Shown here one piece after another: positions 19,006 through 28,754 of a DNA stretch of 52,657 bases. Position 1 is the stretch's first letter. Every line of letters begins with the position of its first letter. Position numbers and translations under genes: made by a program. Source of the stretch: an uncultured Desulfobacterales bacterium (lineage in GTDB: Bacteria; Desulfobacterota; Desulfobacteria; Desulfobacterales; C00003060). The stretch is taken from positions 1 through 52,657 of the forward strand of contig CAZCWQ010000005.1 of the NCBI GenBank assembly GCA_964502365.1, in the 5' to 3' direction. The notes under the pieces are model-generated. The model saw nothing but the letters and a program-made list of their open reading frames with translations, was not told the origin of the DNA and made no database searches.

Positions 19006-19410
19006 ATGAGCAAATTACTTCCTGACAGAGAACATGTGTATCATTTACATGAATATGCAATTTTGGAAAACGACGATGAAACATACGAATATATGGCATG
19101 GGAGACTGACAAAAAAAGTGACAAACTGAAGTGGATCAGGGGAAAAGCAACCACTCTGGAAAATATCCTTTGTTTGAGAAGCATAACATCTGAAGGTGAA
19201 GAGGAAGCGGCCAAGACCTCAGAGGAGTTATCGAAGGAGCTGGAAACTCTTCCAAAATGGGACAAGACCAAGTATTATGGTGTGATCGTGAACCAAGAAT
19301 ATGCTGCTCGTTTCAATTACTGCAAAACAGGCCGTCCCGTCCAGAAGGATGCAGAAGATTATCAAACCATAAAGGACAGGCTCTTAAAACACGGGGTAAT
19401 ATTGCTATAA
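19006..19410 (+). CDS. Hypothetical protein
   Basis: 134-aa ORF with protein-like composition; no recognised motif. Confidence 0.65.
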   Translation: MSKLLPDREHVYHLHEYAILENDDETYEYMAWETDKKSDKLKWIRGKATTLENILCLRSITSEGEEEAAKTSEELSKELETLPKWDKTKYYGVIVNQEYAARFNYCKTGRPVQKDAEDYQTIKDRLLKHGVILL

Positions 19411-19431
19411 GCACTTCACCCTGTTGGCTGC

Positions 19432-19752
19432 TTAGTCCTCTTTCATTATTTCCTCTTCGTATACATCTAGCCCCTTCACCAAGTCTTGGAGGCTGCCGCC
19501 TTCAGGAACTCTGTCTTCCAAATTCTTGATCCTGCCCCTGATGCATGCTTCGCAGGCAACAAGAAGTTCTTCTTCAATCGAAGGAACAGGAAGCATAGAA
19601 CAGGCTGGACAGATAGCTATCCTATTGGGACCTAACCATATCTCATCCGGACTGCCTTTTGCAACATGCTTACACGCCAACCACAAAACTTGTTCACCAT
19701 GTCTTGGACATTCACCCATCTTCTTCTCAAAGTCTTCTGCCTTGAATGTCAT
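19432..19752 (-). CDS. Cys/His-rich hypothetical protein, possibly zinc-binding
   Basis: CPRHG, CKH, CPAC, CEAC; GAGGAG upstream. Confidence 0.7.
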   Translation of the reverse strand: MTFKAEDFEKKMGECPRHGEQVLWLACKHVAKGSPDEIWLGPNRIAICPACSMLPVPSIEEELLVACEACIRGRIKNLEDRVPEGGSLQDLVKGLDVYEEEIMKED

Positions 19753-19998
19753 CCTTCGTCTCCTCTCTCAGCGCCATGCTGCCTTAGTATCCATTATTCT
19801 TCATGTTCAAATGCTGGGAATTTGGCCTCGAACTACCCTCTCGGCTTAACAAATAGCCTGGCCACCAACAAAGCCTCTGTTTTTTATATACTCGGATTCA
19901 TGAGATCCTTAACGGATGTGTCCATATCAGTGTCGCTCTCAGGACACTCCCCACCCTGCAACTTAGCCAATATAGCCTACGCCAGGATGATGGTGATC

Positions 19999-20295
19999 TC
20001 ATGGCTCTTTGTTGACACAGGGTACCCGATACATAGCCCATACATCACCATTCTCGATGTCCCACGTCTCGTAACGCTCAACCGTTGCGTCATCCAACAC
20101 AGGCTCCAGACCCTTCTCCCGTACCTCCTCAGTGAGTTGGCCTATTTCTTTCTCAAAATCGACTTCGCCATCTTCGCTAAATAACTCCTTAGGTATCTTG
20201 AATACCTTACCATAATAAACAGTAGGCGCACCTGTCTGTTGCTGTGTCACTCCTAGCGTGGTAGAGTAATAAGCTACTGTAACCTTGTGGCCCAT
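19999..20295 (-). CDS. Hypothetical protein
   Basis: 98 aa; strong RBS AAGGAGGT before the ATG. Confidence 0.65.
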   Translation of the reverse strand: MGHKVTVAYYSTTLGVTQQQTGAPTVYYGKVFKIPKELFSEDGEVDFEKEIGQLTEEVREKGLEPVLDDATVERYETWDIENGDVWAMYRVPCVNKEP

Positions 20296-20399
20296 AATTT
20301 ACCTCCTTCATCGCGTCCCCAGTGTTCTTGTAGTTTGAGCCCATCTCTTCGGAGGGGGCCTCGCTCACGAATCCTTGGCTTGGTCTACGACCTCCGCTT

Positions 20400-21392
20400 G
20401 GCTCTGACGGGCTTGTGGAGAAGCCAGCACCCTTCCGACAACTTTGCGAATTTTTTCCGTTTGCGCGAGTGTGGCCGCAATTCTGACAATGTACTGGCGC
20501 TCGTGTAACTCCAACCAATATCAGTCCAAAATTCACGCCAAATACCCAGCTGATTTGCAGCAACTTATGGTCGTTGACCCTGGCCATGTGCCTTGTATAG
20601 ACCATCTCTTGTCAGCGCACGGCGTTCACAATCTTGGGAGAACGGGCCCAATAGCTCGGCAGGCCCCACACGATGGTTGAATCCGGCTGCTCATACCGCC
20701 CACCATAGTAATCAACAAGTACTCTCCAGATGTCGAGCTTATCGGCATCATGCAAGAGCTTGGCAAAAAACAAGATCCTTTCATTCTCGCCCTCTGGCTA
20801 AGGTCGGCACATTGTGGTAGCCAATTGCCTTGGTAATAAGATGTTGCTCATCAGTGGCCGAGCAGACCAAAAGCACACTGTTCTTGGCCAATTCCCTCAG
20901 TCCGAGTGCTCCATGGTTCTCTGATCCGCCTTCCTTGACAGCTTTAGCATAACCTCGGAAAGCGACAATTATGAGGTTGTTGGGGCACCCGTCCCGGTGG
21001 AAGGCATCCCAATGCAGTGGGCAAATCGCATGCTGTTTGAGGCTGTTAGGCCGAGTTCTTGCGATCTAGTGAGCAAGTCCGCACATGGGGCAAAAACTTC
21101 ATACCAAGAGCGATACGAGGTTTTTGTAATAATTCTCTCCCTAAAGATTCGGCGGATGGCATACTGTGTATACTCTCCAATGTCATAAAACAACACCATT
21201 GTTTCGGCTAACAAGAGTCCTGTACTGACATATTCACAGCTTTGCCGATTGCAACGATCTCCCTGCAAACACTTCTTGTATGTTCCTCTTTGAGCTTGAT
21301 GTTGCCCTTGCCGACCGGATCACCCTCTTAGCAAGAGGATACGTAGTCAGCAAAGCATTTTTTCAAGAAAGCAAGAGTCTTTTCGCCTCTAT
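20400..21392 (-). pseudogene. HD-domain phosphohydrolase pseudogene interrupted by a MITE
   Basis: Fragments across frames: FADYV*, LKEEHTRSVC, LAETMVLFYDIG, [MITE], SENHGALG, AIGYHN, FFAKLLHDADKLDIWRV, KLLQISWVF. Contains stops and frameshifts; ends are approximate. Confidence 0.8.
20937..21137. mobile_element. MITE-like repeat, copy 1 (201 bp)
   Basis: Homologous end to end with 31757-31957; imperfect terminal inverted repeats (GCATAACCTCG...CGAGGTTTTTG); splits the HD gene. Confidence 0.8.
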
Positions 21393-21575
21393 TTCCGGTT
21401 TTTTATCTAATACCGGCATGAAGATAAAAGCAACTTCTATACGGTGCTGACTTTCCGGCTAGTAATTAAGCAAACCTATCTACAAATACAGATACGTAGT
21501 CGTAATAATTATCCTTCAGAGTGTTTCTCAATGCTGTTTGTAAGCTATTCGACTATAAGCAACGTATATACTTTT

Positions 21576-23726
21576 TCATTGGGATTTGTCCCGTAAATTG
21601 TTCGCCTTTTGCAGATTTTTCCTAGCCTCCACAAAGCCGGGCCTAATTCGCAAGGCCTCGGAAAAATGAAAAATGGCCTCATCCAGTTTACCCTGTCGGC
21701 CCAAAATAATTCCTAGGTTGTTGTGCGCCTCCCAATACTCTGGATTGACGCGAACTGCTTCCGAGTAATGGGCAAGCGCTTCATCAAGTCTTCCCTGTCC
21801 GACGAGAGCAACCCCCATATTATAGTGGGCCTCTGCATCATCAGGCTTGATCCGCAACGCTTTAGAAAATTGAGAAATGGCTTTATCAAGCTTACCTTCG
21901 TTAGCCAAACTGATTCCCAGTCTGTTGTGATCCTTGGCGGCGTCTGCCTTCCCCGACCCCGCATAGACATCCTGGGTACTAATCTGGCTGGTTCTCCTCT
22001 GTCTAGCCAAGGCGTTTCCCAAGTTGATGCGGGCTCTTGCATAGTCTGCCCTAAGATGCAGGGCTTCCCTGTAATGGGAAATCGCCTCTTTAAACTTGCC
22101 CTGTCTGGCCAAAAGGACTCCCAATCCGTTATGCGCCTCTGCATACTCGGGATTTAGCTTGAGCGCTTTCGTATAATGGACAACGGCCTCATCAACTTTG
22201 CCCTGTCTGGTCAAAGCGATTCCAAGGCTGTAATGTGTCACCTCACAGTTGGGCCTGATCCGCAACGCTCTAATGTAATGGGCAACGGCCTCATCAAGTC
22301 TGCCCTGTTTCACCAAGGCAGCCCCAAGGCCTATGTGAGCCGTTTCATAATCGGGTTCACGACGCAGGGCTTCCGAATAATGGGAAATGGCCTCATCCAG
22401 TCTTCCCTGTTCGGCCAAAGCAGCGCCCAGGTTATTATGTGGTCTTGCCTTCTTTACTGACTTATCTGCACACCCTTTCCACAACGCAACGGGATCTGTC
22501 CACACGCTGTTCCTTTCATAGGTCCAGAGGCAGAATACAAGAACAACTGCGCCCATGATTCCTACAAAGGCATATCTATTCTTGATATACCTAAAACCGA
22601 GAGCTACAATCGGCAAGAAGAAAAACATAGAGGGCAGATAGGTCCGATGCTCGTATGCCATCTCCAGAGAAGCTATAGATGATTCTATGACCAGGTTGCC
22701 AAAGAACCAGAGGATGCAAAAAGAAATTAGACGTTCCTTTCTGGCTATGCGGAAAGCCAGTCCAATCAAAACAATAATGTTCACCAACGAAAACAAAGTC
22801 GATATAGGGTCAATTAAAGAGCGGGAAATGGGGAAATCGTAATCCAAATTAAGTCGGGACGGATGTGGGTAGAGCAGGAGTGTGATATAGTGAATCACCA
22901 CGCGAAACTCGGTCAACGCTCTTTCTGTCGCCGTAAAATCGAGATAGCGTGGACACGACAAGAGGGCTGCCCAAGGATTTGACCCCAGGTACAAAAAGGC
23001 GAGAATCGCCACAAGAAAAAATGGTCCCGCGGAATATGCGAGAAACTTTTTGAACCATGCTCTGTTTAGGTCCTGGAAGAAATACCATTCGTAAAGCAAC
23101 ATAAAAAAAGGCAAAGTGCCTGCTACCTCTTTGCATCCTATGGCCAATATGCCAGCAACAGCGCAACCCGAAAACCATGGCCAACTAGTCTGGTCTCTTT
23201 TCGTAAGCCTACCATGTACGTAAAGCAACAAAGACAGGACATAAAACATGGAAGCCATGCTGTTCATCCTTTGCACAATGTATGTTACCGATTGGGTTTG
23301 AACAGGGTGGACTAGCCAAACTAGCGCCGCAAGGAAGGGGATCAAGCTATTGGACTTCCGGCTACAACGCATCCCAAAGGTACTCAAGGTAGCCCTTGTC
23401 AGAAGGTAGAGTAAAATGCCGGTCAGGGTGTGAACGATAACGTTCACGAGATGATAGCCTTCTACCTTGTATCGGTTAAAGTAGTAATTCAAGGCAAAGC
23501 TGACATTGGCTATGGGACGATTTGAGGCGTGGCTTTTGAATGCTGCTGTTCTAATATTCTCGAACTTAAGATTGGTCAAACGGATATGGGGATTTTGTAC
23601 GATGTTTGGCAGATCATCAAAGTAAAATGGGACATCCAATGTGTTCGAATAGATAAGGACGCTCAAGATAACAAACACCAATAGCATCCAAACATGGGGC
23701 CTTTCTGACAGGGATGTCATTGCCAA
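21576..23726 (-). CDS. TMTC-like GT-C membrane glycosyltransferase with TPR repeats
   Basis: FYFDD, NRP, HPVQTQSVTYIVQR, KE, LNLDY, EHRTYLP; many TMs and about 8 C-terminal TPRs. Confidence 0.85.
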   Translation of the reverse strand: MAMTSLSERPHVWMLLVFVILSVLIYSNTLDVPFYFDDLPNIVQNPHIRLTNLKFENIRTAAFKSHASNRPIANVSFALNYYFNRYKVEGYHLVNVIVHTLTGILLYLLTRATLSTFGMRCSRKSNSLIPFLAALVWLVHPVQTQSVTYIVQRMNSMASMFYVLSLLLYVHGRLTKRDQTSWPWFSGCAVAGILAIGCKEVAGTLPFFMLLYEWYFFQDLNRAWFKKFLAYSAGPFFLVAILAFLYLGSNPWAALLSCPRYLDFTATERALTEFRVVIHYITLLLYPHPSRLNLDYDFPISRSLIDPISTLFSLVNIIVLIGLAFRIARKERLISFCILWFFGNLVIESSIASLEMAYEHRTYLPSMFFFLPIVALGFRYIKNRYAFVGIMGAVVLVFCLWTYERNSVWTDPVALWKGCADKSVKKARPHNNLGAALAEQGRLDEAISHYSEALRREPDYETAHIGLGAALVKQGRLDEAVAHYIRALRIRPNCEVTHYSLGIALTRQGKVDEAVVHYTKALKLNPEYAEAHNGLGVLLARQGKFKEAISHYREALHLRADYARARINLGNALARQRRTSQISTQDVYAGSGKADAAKDHNRLGISLANEGKLDKAISQFSKALRIKPDDAEAHYNMGVALVGQGRLDEALAHYSEAVRVNPEYWEAHNNLGIILGRQGKLDEAIFHFSEALRIRPGFVEARKNLQKANNLRDKSQ

Positions 23727-23956
23727 AAAATCCTTTGGACAAAAATGTTGGTTACAGTGTCATTTATCAACAGGCCGGTATATCCATTGCGGTTTGGCGC
23801 AACCTGTCTATGACACAGGCAAGCTGAAATCACTTCAGGCCTGAAGATCCGAAGCGCGGAGGTCCAAAGACAGTAGCGTTGAAGAATCGCCTGGATGTGC
23901 TAGAAGGTTTGAGCATCAAGACAAATGCGAGGATTCCACTGCAACTGCCCTGTCTC

Positions 23957-25042
23957 TCACGCCCGGCTGTACCTGTAATAGGCAGCGCAAGTCCCCTCGC
24001 TGGACACCATGCAAGGACCTACGGGATTCTCAGGGTTACAAACCTTTCGAAAGAGCTTGCATTCGATGGGTGTTGTGACACCACGAAGAATGTCACCGCA
24101 TTTACACCCGGGCGGCTCAGGCGAATCCGGCACCTCGAGGTCAAACAGTGCCTCTGCATCAAAGGCACGATACTCCTCCCTAAAGGCAAGTCCACTTTTT
24201 GGGATCATGCCCAGACCTCTCCATGGCGCGTCACAAGGCTCAAAAACCCGATCCATAGTCTTAAGGGCATTAGGATTCCCATGGGGAGACACTGACCGCC
24301 GGTATTGGATCTCCACTCGGGCCTCATCCGCCTCTATCTGACTAACCAACATATAGATACCCTGCAAGATATCAAGAGGCTCAAAACCCATGACAACACA
24401 CGGGGTGTGATACTCCGCCACCACCACTTCGTAGGGCGCCGTTCCAATAACAGTACTCACATGTCCGGGACACATGAAGCCGGTCACATCAAGCTCCCCA
24501 CCTGAAAGCAGGGCACCCATGGCCGGTGGAAGGAGTTTATGCGACGAGAGGACTAAGAAATTTTCTATGCCTTCGGCTTCAGCTGCCACCACAGCAGCGG
24601 CGATGGTGGGAGCAGTTGTTTCAAATCCAACCCCAAGAAAAACCACCTTTTTCTCAGGGTTTTGTCTGGCAATCTCAAGCGCATCAATAGTCGAATACAC
24701 TATGCGCACGTCAGCACCTACGCCTTTTTCCTTTTGCAGTGAAGATTCAGATCCAGGCACGCGAACCATGTCCCCAAAAGTCGTGACAATCACACCCGGT
24801 ATCCGGGCAAGTTCAATTGCCTTGTCGATGTCGCGGGTAGCAGTGACGCACACAGGACATCCAGGGCCCGAGATCAAGCCGATGTGTTCAGGCAACACAT
24901 CACGCACACCGTGCTTGAAGATTGCAACGGTATGCGTACCACAGACTTCCATAAACCGGGCCGGCTTTCTTGAGGTAGCTTTGATACTCTGTGCTATCTT
25001 GGAAGCCAGCGAGCCGTCCCTGTACTCACTCAGGTACTTCAT
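23957..25042 (-). CDS. hypD: Hydrogenase maturation protein HypD
   Basis: MEVCGTH, GPGCPVC, GFETT, PGHVS, CMVSSEGTC. Confidence 0.97.
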   Translation of the reverse strand: MKYLSEYRDGSLASKIAQSIKATSRKPARFMEVCGTHTVAIFKHGVRDVLPEHIGLISGPGCPVCVTATRDIDKAIELARIPGVIVTTFGDMVRVPGSESSLQKEKGVGADVRIVYSTIDALEIARQNPEKKVVFLGVGFETTAPTIAAAVVAAEAEGIENFLVLSSHKLLPPAMGALLSGGELDVTGFMCPGHVSTVIGTAPYEVVVAEYHTPCVVMGFEPLDILQGIYMLVSQIEADEARVEIQYRRSVSPHGNPNALKTMDRVFEPCDAPWRGLGMIPKSGLAFREEYRAFDAEALFDLEVPDSPEPPGCKCGDILRGVTTPIECKLFRKVCNPENPVGPCMVSSEGTCAAYYRYSRA

Positions 25043-25259
25043 CGATTACCCCCATTTCCTTCCAAAGTTCAAGGGTGATCTTCGCGTCCTCGGGATCGAT
25101 TCTATGCAAGGCAAAACCGGCATGAATGATCACATAGTCACCAAGCTCCGGTCTTTCATCCACGATGTCGAGCCGGGCCTCCTTCGTTATGCCGCCTAGT
25201 TCGGCGCGGATAGTATCTCCCTCAATTTCGACCACTTTCATCGGTGCTGCCACACACAT
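25026..25259 (-). CDS. hypC: Hydrogenase assembly chaperone HypC
   Basis: MCVAAP with conserved Cys2; GDYVIIHAGFA. Confidence 0.95.
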   Translation of the reverse strand: MCVAAPMKVVEIEGDTIRAELGGITKEARLDIVDERPELGDYVIIHAGFALHRIDPEDAKITLELWKEMGVIDEVPE

Positions 25260-25304
25260 GAGCAACTTCTCCTTTCATAATTTGCAAATCTCAATTCACA
25301 GCTA

Positions 25305-27656
25305 CTAACCCACCAGACCTGCTTTATGCATGGCATCGGCCGCCACTGCCTGCCCGAGTGCAATGCCGCCATCGTTGGTGGGAACTGCGGCCTGGCTGTA
25401 TACTTCAAAGCCTTGAGTCTCAAGGGCCTCGGTCAGTTGAACCAGAAGGCGAGCGTTCTGAAAACACCCTCCGCTCAAGACAACCTGTCCCAGCTTTCGC
25501 GATGCTCGGATCTGCTCACACACTTCAGCAAACAGCGCTACCAGGGTATTGTGAAACGTGGCGCTGATCAAACCTGTCGAGCAGCCCTCCTTCACATCAC
25601 ATGCCACGGATCTTATTATCGGCCCCGCCAAAAACTGTAGGACACCATCCTTTTCCCGAATTTCGAATGGATACACACGTTCCATATCTTCTTCTGCTGC
25701 AGCTTCGAGTTCCACGGCTGCTTGGCCCTCGTAGGCCACATAATTGCGCACACCCGCAATAGCCGCCACAGAGTCAAACAAACGTCCGCAGCTTGATGTG
25801 AGAGGCGTGTTTACACCCCGTCTTATCATGTGAATCAAGATATTAAGCCGCTCTTGTGGTATCCCTCCCAAGAAGGGGAGCTCCATATTTAAAAAACCGT
25901 CTCCGAAAGCTCCATACAAAGCGCTCACGGCCATGCGCCACGGCTTCTTGATAGCTGAGGCACCGCCGGGCATGGGAAGATAGGCAAAGTGGCCGGCTCG
26001 GTCGAATCGATGGGGCTCTGTCACCAAGAACTCCCCACCCCAGATCTGTCCGTCAGTGCCGTACCCTGTGCCGTCTAAGGCAATCCCTATGACGGGGCCA
26101 GTGAGGCCGTGTTCTGCCATGGCACTTACAATGTGAGCGTGGTGGTGCTGGATGCCGATCTGACTCATGGACGACTGCTTTAGAGCATACTGTGTACTCA
26201 GGTAGTCAGGATGGAGGTCATAGGCAATAATCTCTGGCTTAATTTCTAATATCCTTTTCAAGTGCCTGATCGTCATCTCAAAAAAATTCAGGGTCTCCAG
26301 ATTTTCCAGGTCACCAATGTGCTGACTCAAGAACGCCTGGTCTCCTCGGGTTAGACAAATAGTATTCTTCCATTCGGCACCACAAGCGAGAATAGACCCC
26401 AGTGACCCCTTGAGAAAAGTCGGTATGGGTACATAACCTCGGCTCCGCCTTGTCTGCCTGGGCACACCGCTGACGACCCGGAGTATGGAATCATCGCTCC
26501 TCAGATAGATGTCACGATTGTGATTCAAGAAGTAATCAGCAATATCTCCCAGGCGCTCAAAGGCCTCCTGGTTATCAATGGCAATGGGTTCCTCGCTGAT
26601 GTTGCCGCTGGTCATGACCAAGGCCAGAAGCTCGTTACCGTCAAGAAGAAGGTAATGAAGAGGGGTGTAAGGGAGCATCACGCCGTAGTTGCGGTTTCTG
26701 GGGGAGACTTGTTCAGCAATATGAGGATTAGGTTTCTTTTCCAGGAGAACAATGGGCCGTTGTATGGAGCTCAAAAGCGATTCCTCGGCCTCTGTGACCT
26801 GTGCAAATTTCCTGACCTGTTCGAGGCTTGCAGACATGAGAGCGAGGGGTTTTTCTTCTCGATGCTTCCTTTGCCTCAGCCTCTTTACCGCCTCACTGTT
26901 GGTGGCGTCTACCGCCAGGTGAAATCCGCCCAATCCTTTGATGGCCACAATCTTTCCTTGTTTCAGGAGGCTTCGAGCTTGCCTAATGGGGTCATCACCA
27001 CTGATTTCTCGACTTGCTTCATCCCAAAGACGCACTACCGGGCCGCAATCCCAACAGGCATTGGGCTGGGCATGGAATCTGCGATCAGCGGGATCGTGAT
27101 ATTCTGCTTCGCACGGTGGACACATCTTGAAACCCTTCATGGCCGTAAAGGGCCGATCATAAGGGATATCCATAATGATCGTATAGCGTGGGCCACAATT
27201 AGTACAATTTATGAATGGATAACCAAATCGACGGTCATTCGCGTCAAACAACTCCTTCAGACAATCTTTGCACACGCAGACATCTGGAGAAATTAGGGTC
27301 CTGCGGTGTTCTTGTACTTCGCTTTGTTGAATGGTAAAATTAGAATATGACTTGAGCGGTTGCTCCACAGTATCTATGGAAGTGATGTGGGCAAGGGGGG
27401 GCTTTTCCTCAAGGATGGCCCTGTGAAAGGCGTCCAGAAAGTCAGGGGCACCCTCGGCTTCGATGTAGACGCCTTCTGAGGTGTTAGACACGAAGCCTCT
27501 TAGCCCGTGAGCGTGGGCAAGGTTATAAATAAAGGGTCTGAAACCAACACCCTGGACGATTCCTCTAATCCTCGTTCTAACCCCTTTTTCTCCTATTTCT
27601 TGATCTGTTTCGACAGCCAGTCGGCCCATCGATCGATTCCTTCTCCTGTCCTGCAA
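25305..27656 (-). CDS. hypF: Carbamoyltransferase HypF
   Basis: GIVQGVGFRPF, CxxC zinc fingers, KGLGGFHL, QHHHAH, DGTGYG, NDGGIALGQ. The true start is probably somewhat downstream of 27656. Confidence 0.97.
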   Translation of the reverse strand: MQDRRRNRSMGRLAVETDQEIGEKGVRTRIRGIVQGVGFRPFIYNLAHAHGLRGFVSNTSEGVYIEAEGAPDFLDAFHRAILEEKPPLAHITSIDTVEQPLKSYSNFTIQQSEVQEHRRTLISPDVCVCKDCLKELFDANDRRFGYPFINCTNCGPRYTIIMDIPYDRPFTAMKGFKMCPPCEAEYHDPADRRFHAQPNACWDCGPVVRLWDEASREISGDDPIRQARSLLKQGKIVAIKGLGGFHLAVDATNSEAVKRLRQRKHREEKPLALMSASLEQVRKFAQVTEAEESLLSSIQRPIVLLEKKPNPHIAEQVSPRNRNYGVMLPYTPLHYLLLDGNELLALVMTSGNISEEPIAIDNQEAFERLGDIADYFLNHNRDIYLRSDDSILRVVSGVPRQTRRSRGYVPIPTFLKGSLGSILACGAEWKNTICLTRGDQAFLSQHIGDLENLETLNFFEMTIRHLKRILEIKPEIIAYDLHPDYLSTQYALKQSSMSQIGIQHHHAHIVSAMAEHGLTGPVIGIALDGTGYGTDGQIWGGEFLVTEPHRFDRAGHFAYLPMPGGASAIKKPWRMAVSALYGAFGDGFLNMELPFLGGIPQERLNILIHMIRRGVNTPLTSSCGRLFDSVAAIAGVRNYVAYEGQAAVELEAAAEEDMERVYPFEIREKDGVLQFLAGPIIRSVACDVKEGCSTGLISATFHNTLVALFAEVCEQIRASRKLGQVVLSGGCFQNARLLVQLTEALETQGFEVYSQAAVPTNDGGIALGQAVAADAMHKAGLVG

Positions 27657-28240
27657 GATATTTCGAAGATCTCCAACTTAGGATTAATCCTCAGGGAGAT
27701 GTCTCGAATCTCTTCCACACTACAGTCCACATAGGGTAACAGGTCGATCTTGTTAATCAACAAGACACTTGATTCGTGGAACATGAGGGGATACTTTTCG
27801 GGTTTGTCTGACCCCTCGGCAACGCTTAGAATCATCACCTTGTGGTCTTCACCCACATTGAACTCGGCAGGACAAACCAGGTTCCCCACATTTTCAACCA
27901 CCAGCAGATCTAACTGTGTCAGGTCAAAGGAGGGCAGTGCGTCCCGTATCATGTTTCCATCCAAGTGACAGGCCCCATCCGTGTTGATTTGAACTGCTGG
28001 AATCCCCTTCTCGGAAATCCTCTCGGCATCCCTGGTAGACTGGACGTCTCCCTCAATCACACCCATCCTAATATGGTCTGCCACCGCATCTATTGTGCGC
28101 TCCAGCAAGGACGTCTTCCCAGAACCAGGCGAACTCATCAGGTTGATGACGACCACTTTCTCCTTTTTGAACAGCTTTCGGTTCTCCTGTGCAATCCTCT
28201 CATTTGCCTCGAGAATGTTCTTTACAACCGGAATCTTCAA
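27593..28240 (-). CDS. hypB: Hydrogenase nickel incorporation GTPase HypB
   Basis: SSPGSGKT, CHL, ENVGNLVCP, NKID; TTG start at 28240 after a GAGGGG RBS. Confidence 0.95.
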   Translation of the reverse strand: MKIPVVKNILEANERIAQENRKLFKKEKVVVINLMSSPGSGKTSLLERTIDAVADHIRMGVIEGDVQSTRDAERISEKGIPAVQINTDGACHLDGNMIRDALPSFDLTQLDLLVVENVGNLVCPAEFNVGEDHKVMILSVAEGSDKPEKYPLMFHESSVLLINKIDLLPYVDCSVEEIRDISLRINPKLEIFEISCRTGEGIDRWADWLSKQIKK

Positions 28241-28409
28241 AACATCAGCCCCCTCTCTGATAATCGCCACACGGTGACTGCAATTTCTGTACCCCACTGA
28301 GATTCTTTTCTGCTCCACATGGTTGGGCTGCTCATCCTGAAAGCAATACCCCCACTAGAAGCTGCCGGCTTGGGCCCCTTTTGGCGCTGTGGACAACTTC
28401 AGACTAGAA

Positions 28410-28438
28410 ATTTTATAATAATACCGATTATCAGTCAA
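28410..28438 (-). promoter_or_regulatory. Sigma70-like promoter of the hyp operon
   Basis: TTGACT-N17-TAAAAT. Confidence 0.6.
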
Positions 28439-28511
28439 TGCAAGCTTTCATGGTATCCTACCCCGCGAACAACATTCAGCCATCATAACTGAACACCCCC
28501 TGTATGCTCCC

Positions 28512-28542
28512 AAAACAAAGAAGCCGCCACAAGGGCGGCTTC
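28512..28542 (-). terminator. Intrinsic terminator
   Basis: GAAGCCGCC-CTTGT-GGCGGCTTC followed by TTTGTTTT. Confidence 0.75.
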
Positions 28543-28754
28543 ACACTATTTCAATCATTGTCGCTGTTAGGCTGAACCACACCTCAACATTAATCGGCCC
28601 TCGTAGCTCTCTTGACTTTCCTCTGCCTAAACACTATGGCAACGATAATCCCAATTCCGACCTTGCTTTTCATCACACCGTGTCTTTTTCATCAATTCTG
28701 ATTCATCAATCTCTTGATGCGGACATTTGGCAATCTTGACTATCTGGTCAGAAG

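Noticed and set aside
21576-22450. Regularly spaced ~102-bp DNA repeats resembling an array
   Set aside because: They are the 34-aa TPR coding repeats, not CRISPR; no CRISPR array or cas gene was seen in the window.
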